NCBI RefSeq assembly: GCF_006345805.1
Contig: NC_043002.1
Span: forward strand, 25,792,001-25,856,000
Direction: 5' to 3'
Origin: Octopus sinensis
Lineage: Eukaryota
DNA length: 64,000 nt
Position 1 is the first letter of the stretch. Each line of letters opens with the position of its first letter. This document shows positions 1 through 11,989 of this stretch, in pieces. The translations under genes were made by a program, and so were the position numbers. Under the pieces are notes generated by a model. That model had not been told where the DNA came from. It was given only the letters and a program-made list of their open reading frames with translations, and made no database searches.

Positions 1-998
1 TGTTAATGACATACATGCCAACTTAAAGAATGCCACAGTGCTGAAATATGCAGATGACATCAAGCTGTACCTCGAAATAAAGAGGTCAAATCCTGTACAC
101 TATAGATCTCTATTGCAAGCAGACCTGGACACAATGCAGCAGTGGATCATGGACTGGCAACTCAAGCTGGCTGTAGACAAATGTACCACCATTCATTTTG
201 GGAGGAGAAATCCAGCGTCCACCTACTCCCTCCACAATACTAGTCTCAAAAAGTCTTCATGTGAACGTGACCTGGGTGTTATTGTCGACAGTGATTTGCG
301 TTGGACAAAACACATCGCTAAAATTGTCAAGAAGGCTGAGGGTGTCTTGGCATCACTCACCAAGTCCTTTGTGAGCCGCTCTCCGACTATCTATCTGCGG
401 CTTTATATAGCTATGGTAAGACCTCACCTGGAATTTGCATCACCGGTCTGGAACCCCTATCTTGCCCAGGATATCAATCGTCTGGAAGCCGTTCAGCGAC
501 GTGCAGCCAAAAGAATACCCTCCATCCGGCATTTGCCATATCCTGAACGCCTTACTTCCCTGGGCATGGACACATTGAAACTCCGACGTCTGGCAGCTGA
601 CTTAGCAGACACCCATAAAATTATCAACCATCGTACAAACAATAACTCTGAGCACCTTTTCAAACTCCACCCATCTAACACCCGTGGACATATTTACAAA
701 GTCAGAAAACAGCACAGCTCCCATGACTTCAAGAAACATTTTTTCACGCTGAGAGTTGCTGAAGCATGGAGCAAACTGCCGGCATCAGTTGTTAGTTGCC
801 GGAGCACTGCATCCTTCAACACTTCCATGCTTTCTGAGATTCGCCAACACTACACCTGATTTTCTCCCCTCCATACACACACAAGCATTATCTGACTCAT
901 GCATTGTTCGCTTTCCAGACATTTGTACATTACTGCATATACTCTGACAAGTTGTGGTGCACCTGAGCACTGTATACAATAATTTCATCATTATTATT
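1..998 (+). mobile_element. CR1/L2-group LINE, 3' part (RT C-terminus, 3' UTR, ATT-rich tail); truncated by window start
   Basis: Open frame from base 2 contains the RT motif LKYADDIKLY, then ERDLGV, RPHLEFASPVWNPY, LEAVQRRA and RVAEAWSKLP, typical of CR1/L2 ORF2; ends in aataatttcatcattattatt. Confidence 0.93.
2..859 (+). CDS. LINE ORF2 reverse transcriptase C-terminal part (5' partial)
   Basis: No stop from 2 to TGA at 857-859; YADD catalytic motif. Confidence 0.85.
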   Translation, partial: VNDIHANLKNATVLKYADDIKLYLEIKRSNPVHYRSLLQADLDTMQQWIMDWQLKLAVDKCTTIHFGRRNPASTYSLHNTSLKKSSCERDLGVIVDSDLRWTKHIAKIVKKAEGVLASLTKSFVSRSPTIYLRLYIAMVRPHLEFASPVWNPYLAQDINRLEAVQRRAAKRIPSIRHLPYPERLTSLGMDTLKLRRLAADLADTHKIINHRTNNNSEHLFKLHPSNTRGHIYKVRKQHSSHDFKKHFFTLRVAEAWSKLPASVVSCRSTASFNTSMLSEIRQHYT

Positions 999-1123
999 TT
1001 TAATTGTTAGAGCCGCCATAAAATTCTTAAGGGAAGTAACTTTGTAATATTTGAAAGAGTTATTTCCCCTAACAGTTATTCTTACTGAATGATGCGTGAT
1101 GAGATCATTATTCAAGAGAAAAA

Positions 1124-1790
1124 GGTGGCGAGCTGGCAAAAACGTTAGCACGATGGGCGAAATGCGTAGCCGTATTACGTCTGCCGTTACGTTCTGAGTT
1201 CAAATTCCGCCGAGGTCGACATATTAAGTACCTATTTCTTTATTACCCACAAGGGGCTAAACATAGAGGGGACAAACAAGGACAGACATAGGTATTAAGT
1301 CGATTACATCGACCCCAGTGCGTAACTGGTACTTAATTTATCGACCCCGAAAGGATGAAAGGTAAAGTCGACCTCGGCGGAATTTGAACTCAGAACGTAA
1401 CGGCAGACGAAATACGGCTACGCATTTTGCCCGGCGCGCTAACGTTTCTGCCAGCTCGCCGCCTTTTTCTCTTGAATAATGATCTCATCACGCATCATTC
1501 AGTAAGAATAACTGTTAGGTGAAATTAAGTACCAGTTATGCACTGGGGTCGATATAATCGACTTAATCCGTTTGTCTGTCCTTGTTTGTCCTCTCTGTGT
1601 GTAGCCCCTCGTGGGTAGTAAAGAAATAGGTATTTCGTCCGTCTTTACGTTCTGAGTTCAAATTCCGCCGAGGTCGACTTTGCTTTTCATCCTTTCGATA
1701 AAACAAGTACCAGTTGAGTACTGGGATTGATATAATCGACTATCCCCATCCCCCAAATTGCAGGCCTTGTCCATATTAGTAGAAAAGATT
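1124..1790. mobile_element. SINE-A composite: + head 1124-1220, inverted copy 1232-1463, + tail and partial second unit 1520-1790
   Basis: tRNA-like head ggcgagctggcagaaacgttagc, B-box GTTCAAATTCC, core gtcgactttgcctttcatcctttcggggtcgataaa shared with many copies in the window. Confidence 0.88.
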
Positions 1791-1963
1791 ATTGAATAGA
1801 AAACGAAGGACGAAAATCATAATTTACATTATATATAATCTATAAGTAGTCTGTAGAATAGTAATAGCATGTAAAATAAATAAAAGCATGTAGAACTTTT
1901 TTTTTATCTGAACGGTTTTTTTTACCCAATATTCTACATGCTATTATTTATTATTGCAAAGGC

Positions 1964-2176
1964 GACGAACTGTCAGACTCGTTACTGTGTCGGCTAAATT
2001 GCTTAGCGGCATTTCTTCCGGCTCATTACGTTCTGAGTTCAAATCCCGCTTAGGTCATCTTTGACTTTTATCCTTGCGTGATCGATAAAATGAAGTACCA
2101 GTCAAATACGGGTGTCGATGTAATCGACTAACGCACCCCAACAAGTTGCAGGCCGTGTACCAAAATTTGAAACCAT
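1964..2176 (+). mobile_element. SINE-A, diverged
   Basis: gttctgagttcaaatccc...aagtaccagt...aaatttgaaacc, matching other SINE-A copies. Confidence 0.8.
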
Positions 2177-2194
2177 TATTTATAATTGTGTCCA

Positions 2195-2420
2195 AGCGAA
2201 TGGCTTAGTGGTTAGGGTGTTGCACTCATGATCATAAGCTTGCGGTTTTGACCCCTGGGCCAGGCGATGTCTAATGCTCTTGAGTAAATCACTTCATTTC
2301 ACGTTGCCCGTCCACTTAGCTAAAGTAATCCTTTCACGGACTGGATCCCGACTCGGGGTAAATACGTATATACGCTACGGAATCTGGGAAACAGCCGTAT
2401 GAGCAAGTGGCTTGAGAAAG
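2195..2420 (+). mobile_element. SINE-C, diverged
   Basis: A-box tggcttagtggttag; body cacttcatttcacgttgc. Confidence 0.7.
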
Positions 2421-2769
2421 ACCTTTCATCCTTTTTGATTTATAATTGTAATTATTTTGTTTATACAAAGTAGAAGACGCCAAATATATGTAAAAGAGAT
2501 GATTAGTTGTTCATGAACCTCCTACGAGATTCAGTAAAGAGAAGCAGTTTCAGCCTTTGATCGAAATCTGCAACTCTTGACCATTATACATAATTCAAAT
2601 TTCCCATAACTCATACTTTAAAAAAAAATTTTGGAAACAATCCGTTATTCTGCTTCTAATATCTTCCATATTATTCAATCACAGGAGAATGAAAACGAAT
2701 ATAAAACATTAGCTTCAAATTTTGACACAAGCCCAGCAGTTGTGGGGGAAGAGATAAGTCGGTTACAAC

Positions 2770-3130
2770 CACCCCATTGCTTGAGTGGCATTTATTTTAA
2801 CGATCTCGAAAATATGAAAAGCAAAGTGGACCATGGTGGAATTTGAACTCAGAACGTAAAGGCTGACGAAATGTCGCTAAACGGTTTTCTTGGCGTGCTA
2901 ACGATTCTGCTAACTCATCGCCTTAAACTAATGACGGACAAAATACCGCTAAGCATTTGGTCCTGATTGGTAACGGTTCTGCCAGCTCGCTATCTTACAA
3001 TATTGGTTTCAAATTTTGGCACAAGGCCAGCAAGGGGTGAGGGTAAGTCGATTACGTCGACCCCAGTGCTCAACTGGTACTTATTTTATCGACCCCGAAA
3101 AGATGACAGGCAAAGTCGACCTTGGCGGAA
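2770..3130 (-). mobile_element. SINE-A fragments
   Basis: ggaatttgaactcagaacgtaa and gtcgattacgtcgaccccagtgctcaactggtac motifs. Confidence 0.75.
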
Positions 3131-3199
3131 GAATATAAAACGTATTGATTGAGATTTCTATAGCCAATATTTGATTTTTTTCTCACATTTTTTTGTTGG

Positions 3200-3550
3200 G
3201 TTTCTAGGAAGTGCTCATCACCTTTGTAGGATCGTCGAGATTGGCGAGGTTCATATCATTAATGTTCTGTTTAGGCTCTTACAGGTCAATGCAGGGAACA
3301 CATGTGATGATTCCAGAGGATTGATACTCTGAGGAGCAAAAATTGCGCTTACAATGTTGTGCGTGGTGGAATGGGTGGGTGGGGGAGAAACAAGAGGATG
3401 GGAGTGCCTAAGGTCAGGAGTGGTGGGTACGAGACCAGCTAGTTCTGAAGAACAGACGCCTTTAAAGTAGCTATTATAAGGATTGTGTGTCGTAGTTTAT
3501 CATTATGAAATGCTCCTTTGTTTTGCTGGTCCGGCTGCAACATCTCTGCC
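3200..3550 (-). pseudogene. Decayed CR1/Jockey-group LINE ORF2 3' end
   Basis: Minus-strand translation gives RDVAA...YFKGVCSSELAGLVP..., typical of the post-RT C-terminus; frameshifted. Confidence 0.65.
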
Positions 3551-3574
3551 TTTCTGTTCTTAATATACTTTGAT

Positions 3575-3594
3575 ATTATGCATACATACATACG

Positions 3595-3628
<34 letters not shown>

Positions 3629-3715
3629 CATACATACATACGTATATATACACAATACATATATTCTTTCATACACACATACACACATACACACATACAT
3701 ACATACATACATACA

Positions 3716-3746
<31 letters not shown>

Positions 3747-3990
3747 GTATATATACACAATACATATATTCTTTCATACACACATACACACATACACACA
3801 TACATACATACATACATACATACATACATACATGCATACATGCATACATACATACATACATACATACATACATACGTATATATACACAATACATATATTC
3901 TTTCATACACACATACACACATACACACATACATACATACATACATACATACATACATACATACATACATACATACATACATACATACAC
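3575..3990. repeat. (CATA)n compound microsatellite with three higher-order units
   Basis: Anchor gtatatatacacaatacatatattctttcatacacac at about 3642, 3747 and 3874. Confidence 0.95.
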
Positions 3991-4024
3991 TCGCGCACAT
4001 ATACGTGTATATTTACTTATATCT

Positions 4025-4372
4025 TTTATATTTTAATTGTTTGATTCGTTGGATTGCAGCCATGCTGGGGCATCATCTTGAAGGAAGCAGATGGACACAG
4101 TACTTATTTTAAGTCAGGTACTTATTATTCTATCTGTCTCCTTTGCCGAACCGCTAGTTTACGGGGACGTAAACAAACCAACACTGGTTGTCAAGCTGTG
4201 TTTGAAGACAAACAAACACAAACACACACGTATATACCTATACATACATATTTATAACAGGTATCTACATAGCTTCCATCTACCAAATTCACTCTCAAGA
4301 TATTGGCTGGATTGGTGCTACAGCAGAAGACACTTGCCCAAGGTGCCCCGCAGTGAGACTGAACCACGTAGT
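4025..4372 (-). mobile_element. SINE-B, diverged
   Basis: gcagccatgctggg...ttgccgaaccgc...gacacttgcccaaggtgcc. Confidence 0.8.
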
Positions 4373-4664
4373 CGTAAATTGAGTTTCTTATTCACATACA
4401 TTCAGTATGTGATAACCATTGGAAAAAAATTACGGAAGCTACATTAATTTATTCTTACTGTCTGTCAACTTTGGTTTTTATTACCACAAGATCTTTGATA
4501 TAATTTGCTGTTAACTAAATTAAAATATCATGCAGTGGTTTAGATTTTCTGAACAAAATGAATGTTGGGCAAGTTTCTTAAGGGCATTTTATATATAAGA
4601 AATGTATAAATACGAGAATGGCTGGCTAAATTTTTGGTTTTGATTATTTAATAATAATGATAAA

Positions 4665-4892
4665 TGCGCCCTTTTAAAGCCTAGCCAGGCTCGTGGACCC
4701 GGTTTCCCGGTTTCAATGGCGTATGTGTTCCCCAGCTGGATGGGACGCCAGTCCATCGCAGCGTTACTCATTTTTGCCAGCTGAGTGGACTAGCAACGTG
4801 AAATGAAGTGTTTTGCTCACGAACACAACGCGTCGCCCAGTCCAGGAATCGAAACCACAATCTTACGATCATGATGCTGACACCCTAACCAC
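4665..4892 (-). mobile_element. SINE-C with V-domain-like tail
   Basis: tRNA-like head at 4850-4892; ctggatgggacgccagtccatcgcag tail. Confidence 0.8.
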
Positions 4893-4944
4893 TTTGATTA
4901 TTTAGTGAGTGATATTAGAAATAATATTCTCTCATATCTCTTTA

Positions 4945-5252
4945 CTCTTTTACTTGTTTCAGTCATTTGACTGAGGCCATGCTGGAGCACCGCCTTTAAT
5001 CGAGCAAATCGTCCCCGGGACTTATTCTTTGTAAGCCCAGTACTTATTCTATCGGTCTCTTTTGCCGGGGACGTAAACACACCAGCACAAACACACACAT
5101 ACATACAGATATATATATACATATATACGACAGGCTTCTTTCAGTTTCCGTCTACCAAATCCACTCACAAGGCATTGGTCGGCCCGGGGCTATAGCAGAT
5201 GCCACGCAGTGGGACTGAACCCGGAACTTACCACACAGCCACTCCTGCGCCT
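4945..5252 (-). mobile_element. SINE-B
   Basis: Ends in the reverse complement of head ggcgcaggagtggctgtgtgg; internal TA/CA tract. Confidence 0.88.
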
Positions 5253-5684
5253 ACAGATTTATCCCGACAAAATTACTTTAATAAGATTAAAATTCCTCAT
5301 TGATAAGTTTTAATGCGTCAATCTATTTAAGATCGGTAATTTATCAACGGCAGTAGAACATAATAACGGTTTGTTTTTCAGGAAATGGAATCAGTAACAA
5401 ATTTAGTCAGGACTACAACAGGAACACTGCTGGGAATTGGCCTCTGTTATTCTTGATTCCGAGAGTCTTGTGATAAAAAATTCTCTCCTTATAATTACGC
5501 CCACACCCACTCACAGCCGCCTTCTCAGGCTTGAAAGAAAAGTTTCATCCTTTATATTGCTTCCTCGAAATCTGCCTTCTGGGGCTCTCTTCCTTGTTGT
5601 TTTTTTTTTTTTTTTACCTCTGATAGATATAAGCTTAGTTACTTAAAACACTTTTGTTTATCACTTCATGATTTTTAGGTCAGC

Positions 5685-5699
5685 TTCACACACACACCA

Positions 5700-5748
<49 letters not shown>

Positions 5749-5975
5749 CGCACGCACGCACACACACACACTCACACACACTTTCTCTCTCTCTCTTACA
5801 CACACTCACACTCTCTCTCTCACACACACACATACCCTCTCTCTCACACACACGCACACTCTCTCTCTCACACACACTCTCTCTCGCACACTCTCTCACA
5901 CACTCTCACACACACTCAAATACACACACTCAGATACACACACACTCACCCACATGCACAAACACACACACCTAT
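5685..5975. repeat. (CA)n/(CT)n compound microsatellite
   Basis: Direct reading. Confidence 0.95.
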
Positions 5976-6544
5976 ATGCATTCATTTAATCTATTTATGG
6001 CTGGTTCCTTTTAGTTAACAACATGAGTCAATGAGAAGTTCTCTACGTGGTCCGAGGGGCATGCTCCAAATAGTAGTTACATATATTTTTCTGATGTTAT
6101 ACATTTCCTATTGGAAAAGAAAGGCACACTGGATGATATGGTTCTCGGTGCATTGTGCCCTGTGTCTAGGAAAAGAACGGCTAGGATGCATCTCATAGTG
6201 TTCGATTGGAGCTCGAAATACTAGAAATAAGCCGGAATATAACTGACGTTAAAGTATACACAGGCAGAAAGACAATGATGTAGAACATGTAGGAATTTTC
6301 CCGTCTAAATTCAAGGGAAAATTTGACTCATTTAAAAATTTTGCGGGGAGCTGGGGGTTGAGATCGTGACATAAGGAGTCCACTAATCAGATGGAGTGTT
6401 GCAAAAAAAAAAAAAAAAAAAACAACGGATAGGGGTACCCAGATGTAGTTCATGTATTATGAAGCTGAAAATATGAATACTACCTGCAACAAAAGAGCAG
6501 AAACCTTGTTTTTTATTACCTGCATATAAAATCCTCTAAACATC

Positions 6545-6830
6545 CATGTCCTCTCCAAATCTATCTTCTCCCTATTGGCACTCCCTCTACCTTTTCTTTT
6601 TCTCCTTCCTCCCTGCTCCGTCTCTTCATTTCACTTTCCTTTTCCACAAATTAGCATTACGCCATTATACACAAACATCACGGCGCTATTACTATCCTCA
6701 ACATACTAATATCACCACCATCACATTCTTCTCACTACATACTACCCCTTAACCTATACTCAAACTATGGAAAAACCCTAACTCATTCCTTAATCATGCC
6801 TTGGAAAAGTGGTAATCTGCCCCATTAACC
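6545..6830 (+). pseudogene. Possible heavily decayed Penelope-type RT fragment
   Basis: One frame reads ISITPLYTNIT, resembling the PLE RT motif DV.SLYTNIP; otherwise very degenerate. Confidence 0.3.
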
Positions 6831-7194
6831 ATTCCTCTAACATTTGCCTGCATGCTGTAGTCAACAAAATATTTATTCCGTAGATTTTGAATTAGTAGGA
6901 ATTACCAGATATTGTCCAATTCAGCTAAAGATAGAGATCAGTCGGGTTTGCATAGTAAGCATAATGAAATACCTTGACAGTGTGCTTGTTGGCTTTCAAC
7001 AGGTCGACTCCAAAAACGATCCAAAGAAGCACTCGAACGGACAATTACACTATAAGACTTCAAGAAATTGCATAGCATCTCTTGAACAATAACGGTTCAA
7101 AAGAGTAACGCTCGTGTATATTATAACACAGAAAAGCCAGGAAGCCAAACAACTGCACCACATTTCTTTAAAGGTGAATATTAAATAACATTTA

Positions 7195-7413
7195 TTTCTT
7201 TACTACTCACAAGGGGCTAAACACAGAGAGGACAAACAAGGACAGACAAAGGGATTAAGTCGATTACATCGACCCCAGTGCGTAACTGGTACTTAATTTA
7301 TCGACCCCGAAAGGATGAAAGGCAAAGTCGACCTCGGCGGAATTTGAACTCGGAACGACACGAAATACGGCTACGCATTTCGCCCGGCGTGCTAACGATT
7401 CTGCCAGCTCGCC
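7195..7413 (-). mobile_element. SINE-A
   Basis: Near-consensus match to the 35193-35427 copy. Confidence 0.9.
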
Positions 7414-7571
7414 GAGCTGCAGCACCAGCGTACATAATTTTACACCGCTTATAATACGTTGAGGAACCCCACAATCTGATGACGATTGCAGAAATCAGAA
7501 TGTTGTGAGCTGAGTGTAAGCCATAACACAAAATACAGCAAACTGAATACGTTTCCGGAGTTGATTACAAT

Positions 7572-7937
7572 GGAAGCACTCCGTCGGTTACGACGATGAG
7601 GGTTCCGGTTGATCCGAATCAACGGAACAGCCTGCTCGTGAAATTAACGTGTAAGTGGCTGAACACTCCACAGACACGTGTACCCTTATTCAGCGTGACA
7701 CAGAGAGTGACAAGGCCGGCACCTTGAAATACAGGTACAACAGAAACAGGAAGTAGGAGTGAGAGAAAGTTGTGGTGAAAGAGTACAGCAGGGATCACCA
7801 CCATCCCCTGCCGGAGCCTCGTGGAGCTTTAGGTGTTTTCGCTCAATAAACACTCACAACGCCCGGTCTGGGAATCGAAACCGCGATCCTATGACCGCGA
7901 GTCCGCTGCCCTAACCACTGGGCCATTGCGCCTCCAC
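7572..7937 (-). mobile_element. SINE-C flanked by a 79-bp direct repeat
   Basis: tRNA-like head at 7870-7937; identical flanks at 7493-7571 and 7938-8016. Confidence 0.88.
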
Positions 7938-8399
7938 AATCAGAATGTTGTGAGCTGAGTGTAAGCCATAACACAAAATACAGCAAACTGAATACGTTTC
8001 CGGAGTTGATTACAATACTTGTCATATGAATCAAAAAAATATTAATCCATGAATAGCATTGTTTCATTCCTCACCACATCATTAGTTCTTATCGAGATAT
8101 TTAATACTTCCAGCATTATAGAGGCTATCACTCACTCTACTATATTTTGTAGGAATGTTTTGAATGTTGACCAAAAACTTTTATACACTCTGGAAATTGA
8201 TTTTTTTCTTTTTACAACTTCGGTATCAATAAATAAAGCGGAAATAATATAATAGGATCGACCTTATAAATGCTAATCTTTTACCTATCTTAATGAAATC
8301 GCTATGTACATTGAAGAAAGACAGCAACGAAATAACTTATGTCCGAGCTACTAAAACGTTTTATTCGCAGACCGTAAATCTTTATTTGGAAAAGTTCGT

Positions 8400-8525
8400 G
8401 ATTTTCATTTTGAGCCGATTGGATTCCAGCAACATAAAATGAAGTGCTTTATTCGAGGACACAAGGAGCCATGAAGCGTACACATAACCTTATGATCGTG
8501 GGTTCTACACCGTAACCACTTAAAC
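8400..8525 (-). mobile_element. Old decayed SINE-C head and core
   Basis: Reverse complement aligns with SINE-C consensus (gtgtcctcgaataaagcacttcattttatgttgct) at roughly 70% by eye. Confidence 0.6.
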
Positions 8526-8588
8526 CTATTAGTACTCACATCCATCCGTTCATACAGGTACATACACATATTGTATATACATACAATA

Positions 8589-8926
8589 GGCGCATGGCTC
8601 AGTGGTTAGAGCGTCGAGCTTACGATCGTGAGGTTGTGAGCTCGAATCCCGGACCGGGCTGCGTGTTGTGTTCTCGAGCAAGGCACTTTATTTCACGTTG
8701 CTCCAGTTCACTCAGCTGTAGAAATGAGTTGCGACGTCACTGGTGCCAAGCTGTATCGACCTCTGTCTTTCCCTTTGATAACACTGGTGGCGTGGAGAGG
8801 GGAGGCTGGTATGCATGGGCGACTGCTGGCCTTCCATAAACAACCTTGCCCGGACTTGTATCTAGGAAGGTAACTTTCTAGGTGCAATCCCATGGTCATT
8901 CATGACCGAAGGGGGTCTTTACCCCT
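8589..8926 (+). mobile_element. SINE-C, full length (tRNA-Arg-like head)
   Basis: A-box TGGCTCAGTGG, B-box-like CTCGAATCCC, Meta/MESC-like core gtgttctcgagcaaggcactt; closely similar to 15193-15527. Confidence 0.92.
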
Positions 8927-8949
8927 TTATATACATACATTGTGTGTTG

Positions 8950-9000
<51 letters not shown>

Positions 9001-9014
9001 CCTTTTATTCCTGT

Positions 9015-9222
9015 GGTCTTTTATTTGCTTCAGTCATTTGACTGCAGCCACGCTGGACAACTAACTTTAATCGAAGAAATCGACCCCCAAGGCTTATTCT
9101 TCGTAAGCCTAGTACTTATTCTATAGGTCTCTTTTGCCGAACCGCTAAGTTACAGGGACGTAGACACGCCAACATCGGTTGTCAAGCGATGGTGAGGGGA
9201 CAAACAGACAAACATACACGCA

Positions 9223-9268
<46 letters not shown>

Positions 9269-9985
9269 AACATATATATATATGTGTGTGTGTGTGTATA
9301 TCTCTTTTTTTTTCTCTTTTTACTTGTTTCAGTCATTTTGACTGCGGCCATGCTGGTGCACCGCCTTTAATCGAGCAACTCGACCCCGGGACTTATTCTT
9401 TATAAGTCCAGTACTTATTCTATCGGTCACTTTTGCCGAACCGCTAAGTGACGGAGACATAAACACACCAGCATCGGTTGTCAAGCAATGCTAGGGGGAC
9501 AAACACAGACACACAAACATACACGCACATACATATATATACATATATATACATATATACCACGGGCTTCTTTCAGTTTCCGTCTACCAAATCCACTCAC
9601 AATGCTTTGGTCGGCCCGAGGCTATAGTAGAAGACACTTGCCCAAGGTGCCACGCAGTGGGACTGAACCCGGAACCAGGTGGTTGGTAAACAAGCTTATA
9701 ATGCCTTGTGAGTGGATTTGGTAGACGGAAACTGAAAGAAGCCTGTCGAATATATGTATATATATATGTATGTGTGTGTATGTTTGTGTGTCTGTGTCTG
9801 TTCCCCTAGCATTGCTTGACAACCGATGCTGGTGTGTTTATGTCCCCGTCACTTAGCGGTTCGGCAAAAAGAGACCGATAGAATAAGTACTGGGGTTACA
9901 AAGAATAAGTCCCGGGGTCGAGTTGCTCGATTAAAGGCGGTGCTCCAGCATGGCCGCAGTCAAATGACTGAAACAAGTAAAAGAG
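9015..9985. mobile_element. SINE-B cluster: 9015-9230 (-), 9312-9697 (-), 9702-9985 (+)
   Basis: Family motifs ttagcggttcggcaaaagagaccgatagaataagtact and cagcatggccgcagtcaaatgactgaaac. Confidence 0.9.
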
Positions 9986-10150
9986 TTGAAAGATATATAT
10001 ATATATAATATATATATTATATATATATATATATATATTATATAATATGCATGTATATGTATGTATGTATATGTATGTCTGTTATATATGTATATGTTAT
10101 AGTATATATATATATATATATAATATATATAATATATATATATAATATAT

Positions 10151-10183
<33 letters not shown>

Positions 10184-10196
10184 ATATATAACTTAG

Positions 10197-10525
10197 AATA
10201 ACTTAGAAAGGTTTTGCCAGTATTGGCCCAGGCCATGTCTAACTTAATAGCACCACTGGCGAAGTCTTTCAGTTCAGGATTTGGGCACCAAGGCCCATTC
10301 GAGCAGAGAGTTATTGTTTGCGAGACATATCCGGGTGTGGGTGATTTGTCGGTACTGTTTGAAGGAATTTGTCCAAAGACTTCTTGAATTTTGTGTGGTC
10401 AGTTTCTTTTTTGACGTGCCCTGGTGTAATGTTGAAGAGAGCAGGTCCAATTGAGGTGAAATAGTTGTGCCGTATTGTCTTTATGTGATGCGATTTAGAT
10501 TTTTGTTGTGGGACGGATGGCACGT
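10197..10525 (-). pseudogene. LINE (CR1/L2 group) ORF2 extreme 3' end and UTR
   Basis: FTSIGPALFNITP...FKKSLDKFLQTVP C-terminal signature. Confidence 0.75.
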
Positions 10526-10805
10526 GGTTATATTATATATATATATGTTAAGGTATGTAGAAAAATACAACATGGACAAGACGTATAACTCAAGAAGACG
10601 ATACAATAAAAACGGCAGGGACATTCGAAACCCTCAGTCTTCAGTCAAGAACCGGATCATCGTAGTATTTCGGCTATATATATATATATATATATATATT
10701 AAATATATATATATATATATAAGATATATATATTATATATACATATATACAATACATACATACATATACATACATACATAACATGCATATATATATATAT
10801 ATAAG

Positions 10806-10844
<39 letters not shown>

Positions 10845-10847
<3 letters not shown>

Positions 10848-11222
10848 ACTCTTTACTTGTTTCAGTCATTTGACTGCGGCCATGCTGGAGCACCGCCTTT
10901 AATCGAGCACTCGACCCCGGGACTTTCTTTGTAAGCCCAGTACTTATTCTATTCGGTTCTCTTGATAGAGGGAAACTGGAAGAAGCCCGTCGTATATGTA
11001 TATATATATATGTGTGTGTATGTGAGTATATGTTTGTCCCTCCCCTCCAAAAAAAAACATCACTTGACAACCGATGTTGTGTGTTTACGTCTCCGTAACT
11101 TAGCGGTTCGGCAAAAGATCCCGATAGAATAAGTACTAGGCTTACAAAGAATAAGTCCTGGGGTCGATTTGCTCCAGCATGGCCACAGTCAAATGACTGA
11201 AACAAGTAAAAGAGTAAAAGAG
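10845..11222. mobile_element. Two inverted SINE-B 3' parts (10845-10965 -, 10970-11222 +)
   Basis: SINE-B tail motifs on both strands. Confidence 0.85.
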
Positions 11223-11281
11223 TAAACTTTGAACACCTGTAACATTTTCGCAAATTTTTTTCTGGAAAAAAAAAACAAAAA

Positions 11282-11312
<31 letters not shown>

Positions 11313-11352
11313 CATACACACGCGCACACGTATTATCTATATACAAGCATAT

Positions 11353-11468
<116 letters not shown>

Positions 11469-11705
11469 CTGCATATGCATAGCACGAGTTTGCGGTTTAC
11501 TGCAGACACATGATTTGATTCCCATAGGTAATGTTACAACATTCGCTGTTCACGATATCGAGTATCTTGGTGCACTGAGATCTCGTTGGGAAGCCGCTCC
11601 TATTAGGAAACCTAGATTGGTAGCTTAAGGCCGTTAATTTGGATTATTGAATTTGTATTATTCCCTTGTTGTAGTGGCAGCAAAGTAGTAAATCTCGTAA
11701 ATGAA

Positions 11706-11740
<35 letters not shown>

Positions 11741-11776
11741 ACAAATCTAGTATATTTAAACTAATATATAGGCACA

Positions 11777-11900
11777 GGCAAGGCTGTAGGGTAAGAGGTT
11801 TGCTTTCCAGCCATATGATTTCGGGTTCAATGCTACTGCGTAGCACCTGGGTTCAGTCCTACTACGGGGGCAAGTGCCTTCTACTAAAACCCAGGGCCAA
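11777..11900 (+). mobile_element. SINE-B 5' fragment
   Basis: gggttcagtcc...ggggcaagtgccttctacta. Confidence 0.7.
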
Positions 11901-11989
11901 TTAAAACCTGTGTATGTATGTATGTATGTATGTATGTATGTATGTATGTATGATGTATGTATGTATGTATGTATGTATGTAATAATGTA

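Noticed and set aside
3439-4112. Long ORFs of YIHT/MYVC repeats, and similar ORFs across the window (e.g. 28641-29505, 38371-39227, 40268-40699, 55103-55662)
   Set aside because: Stop-free translation of (CATA)n, (TA)n, (CA)n and (ATCT)n microsatellites; not genes.
8589-8660. tRNA gene
   Set aside because: The tRNA-like head lacks a proper acceptor stem and continues into a SINE body present in many copies.
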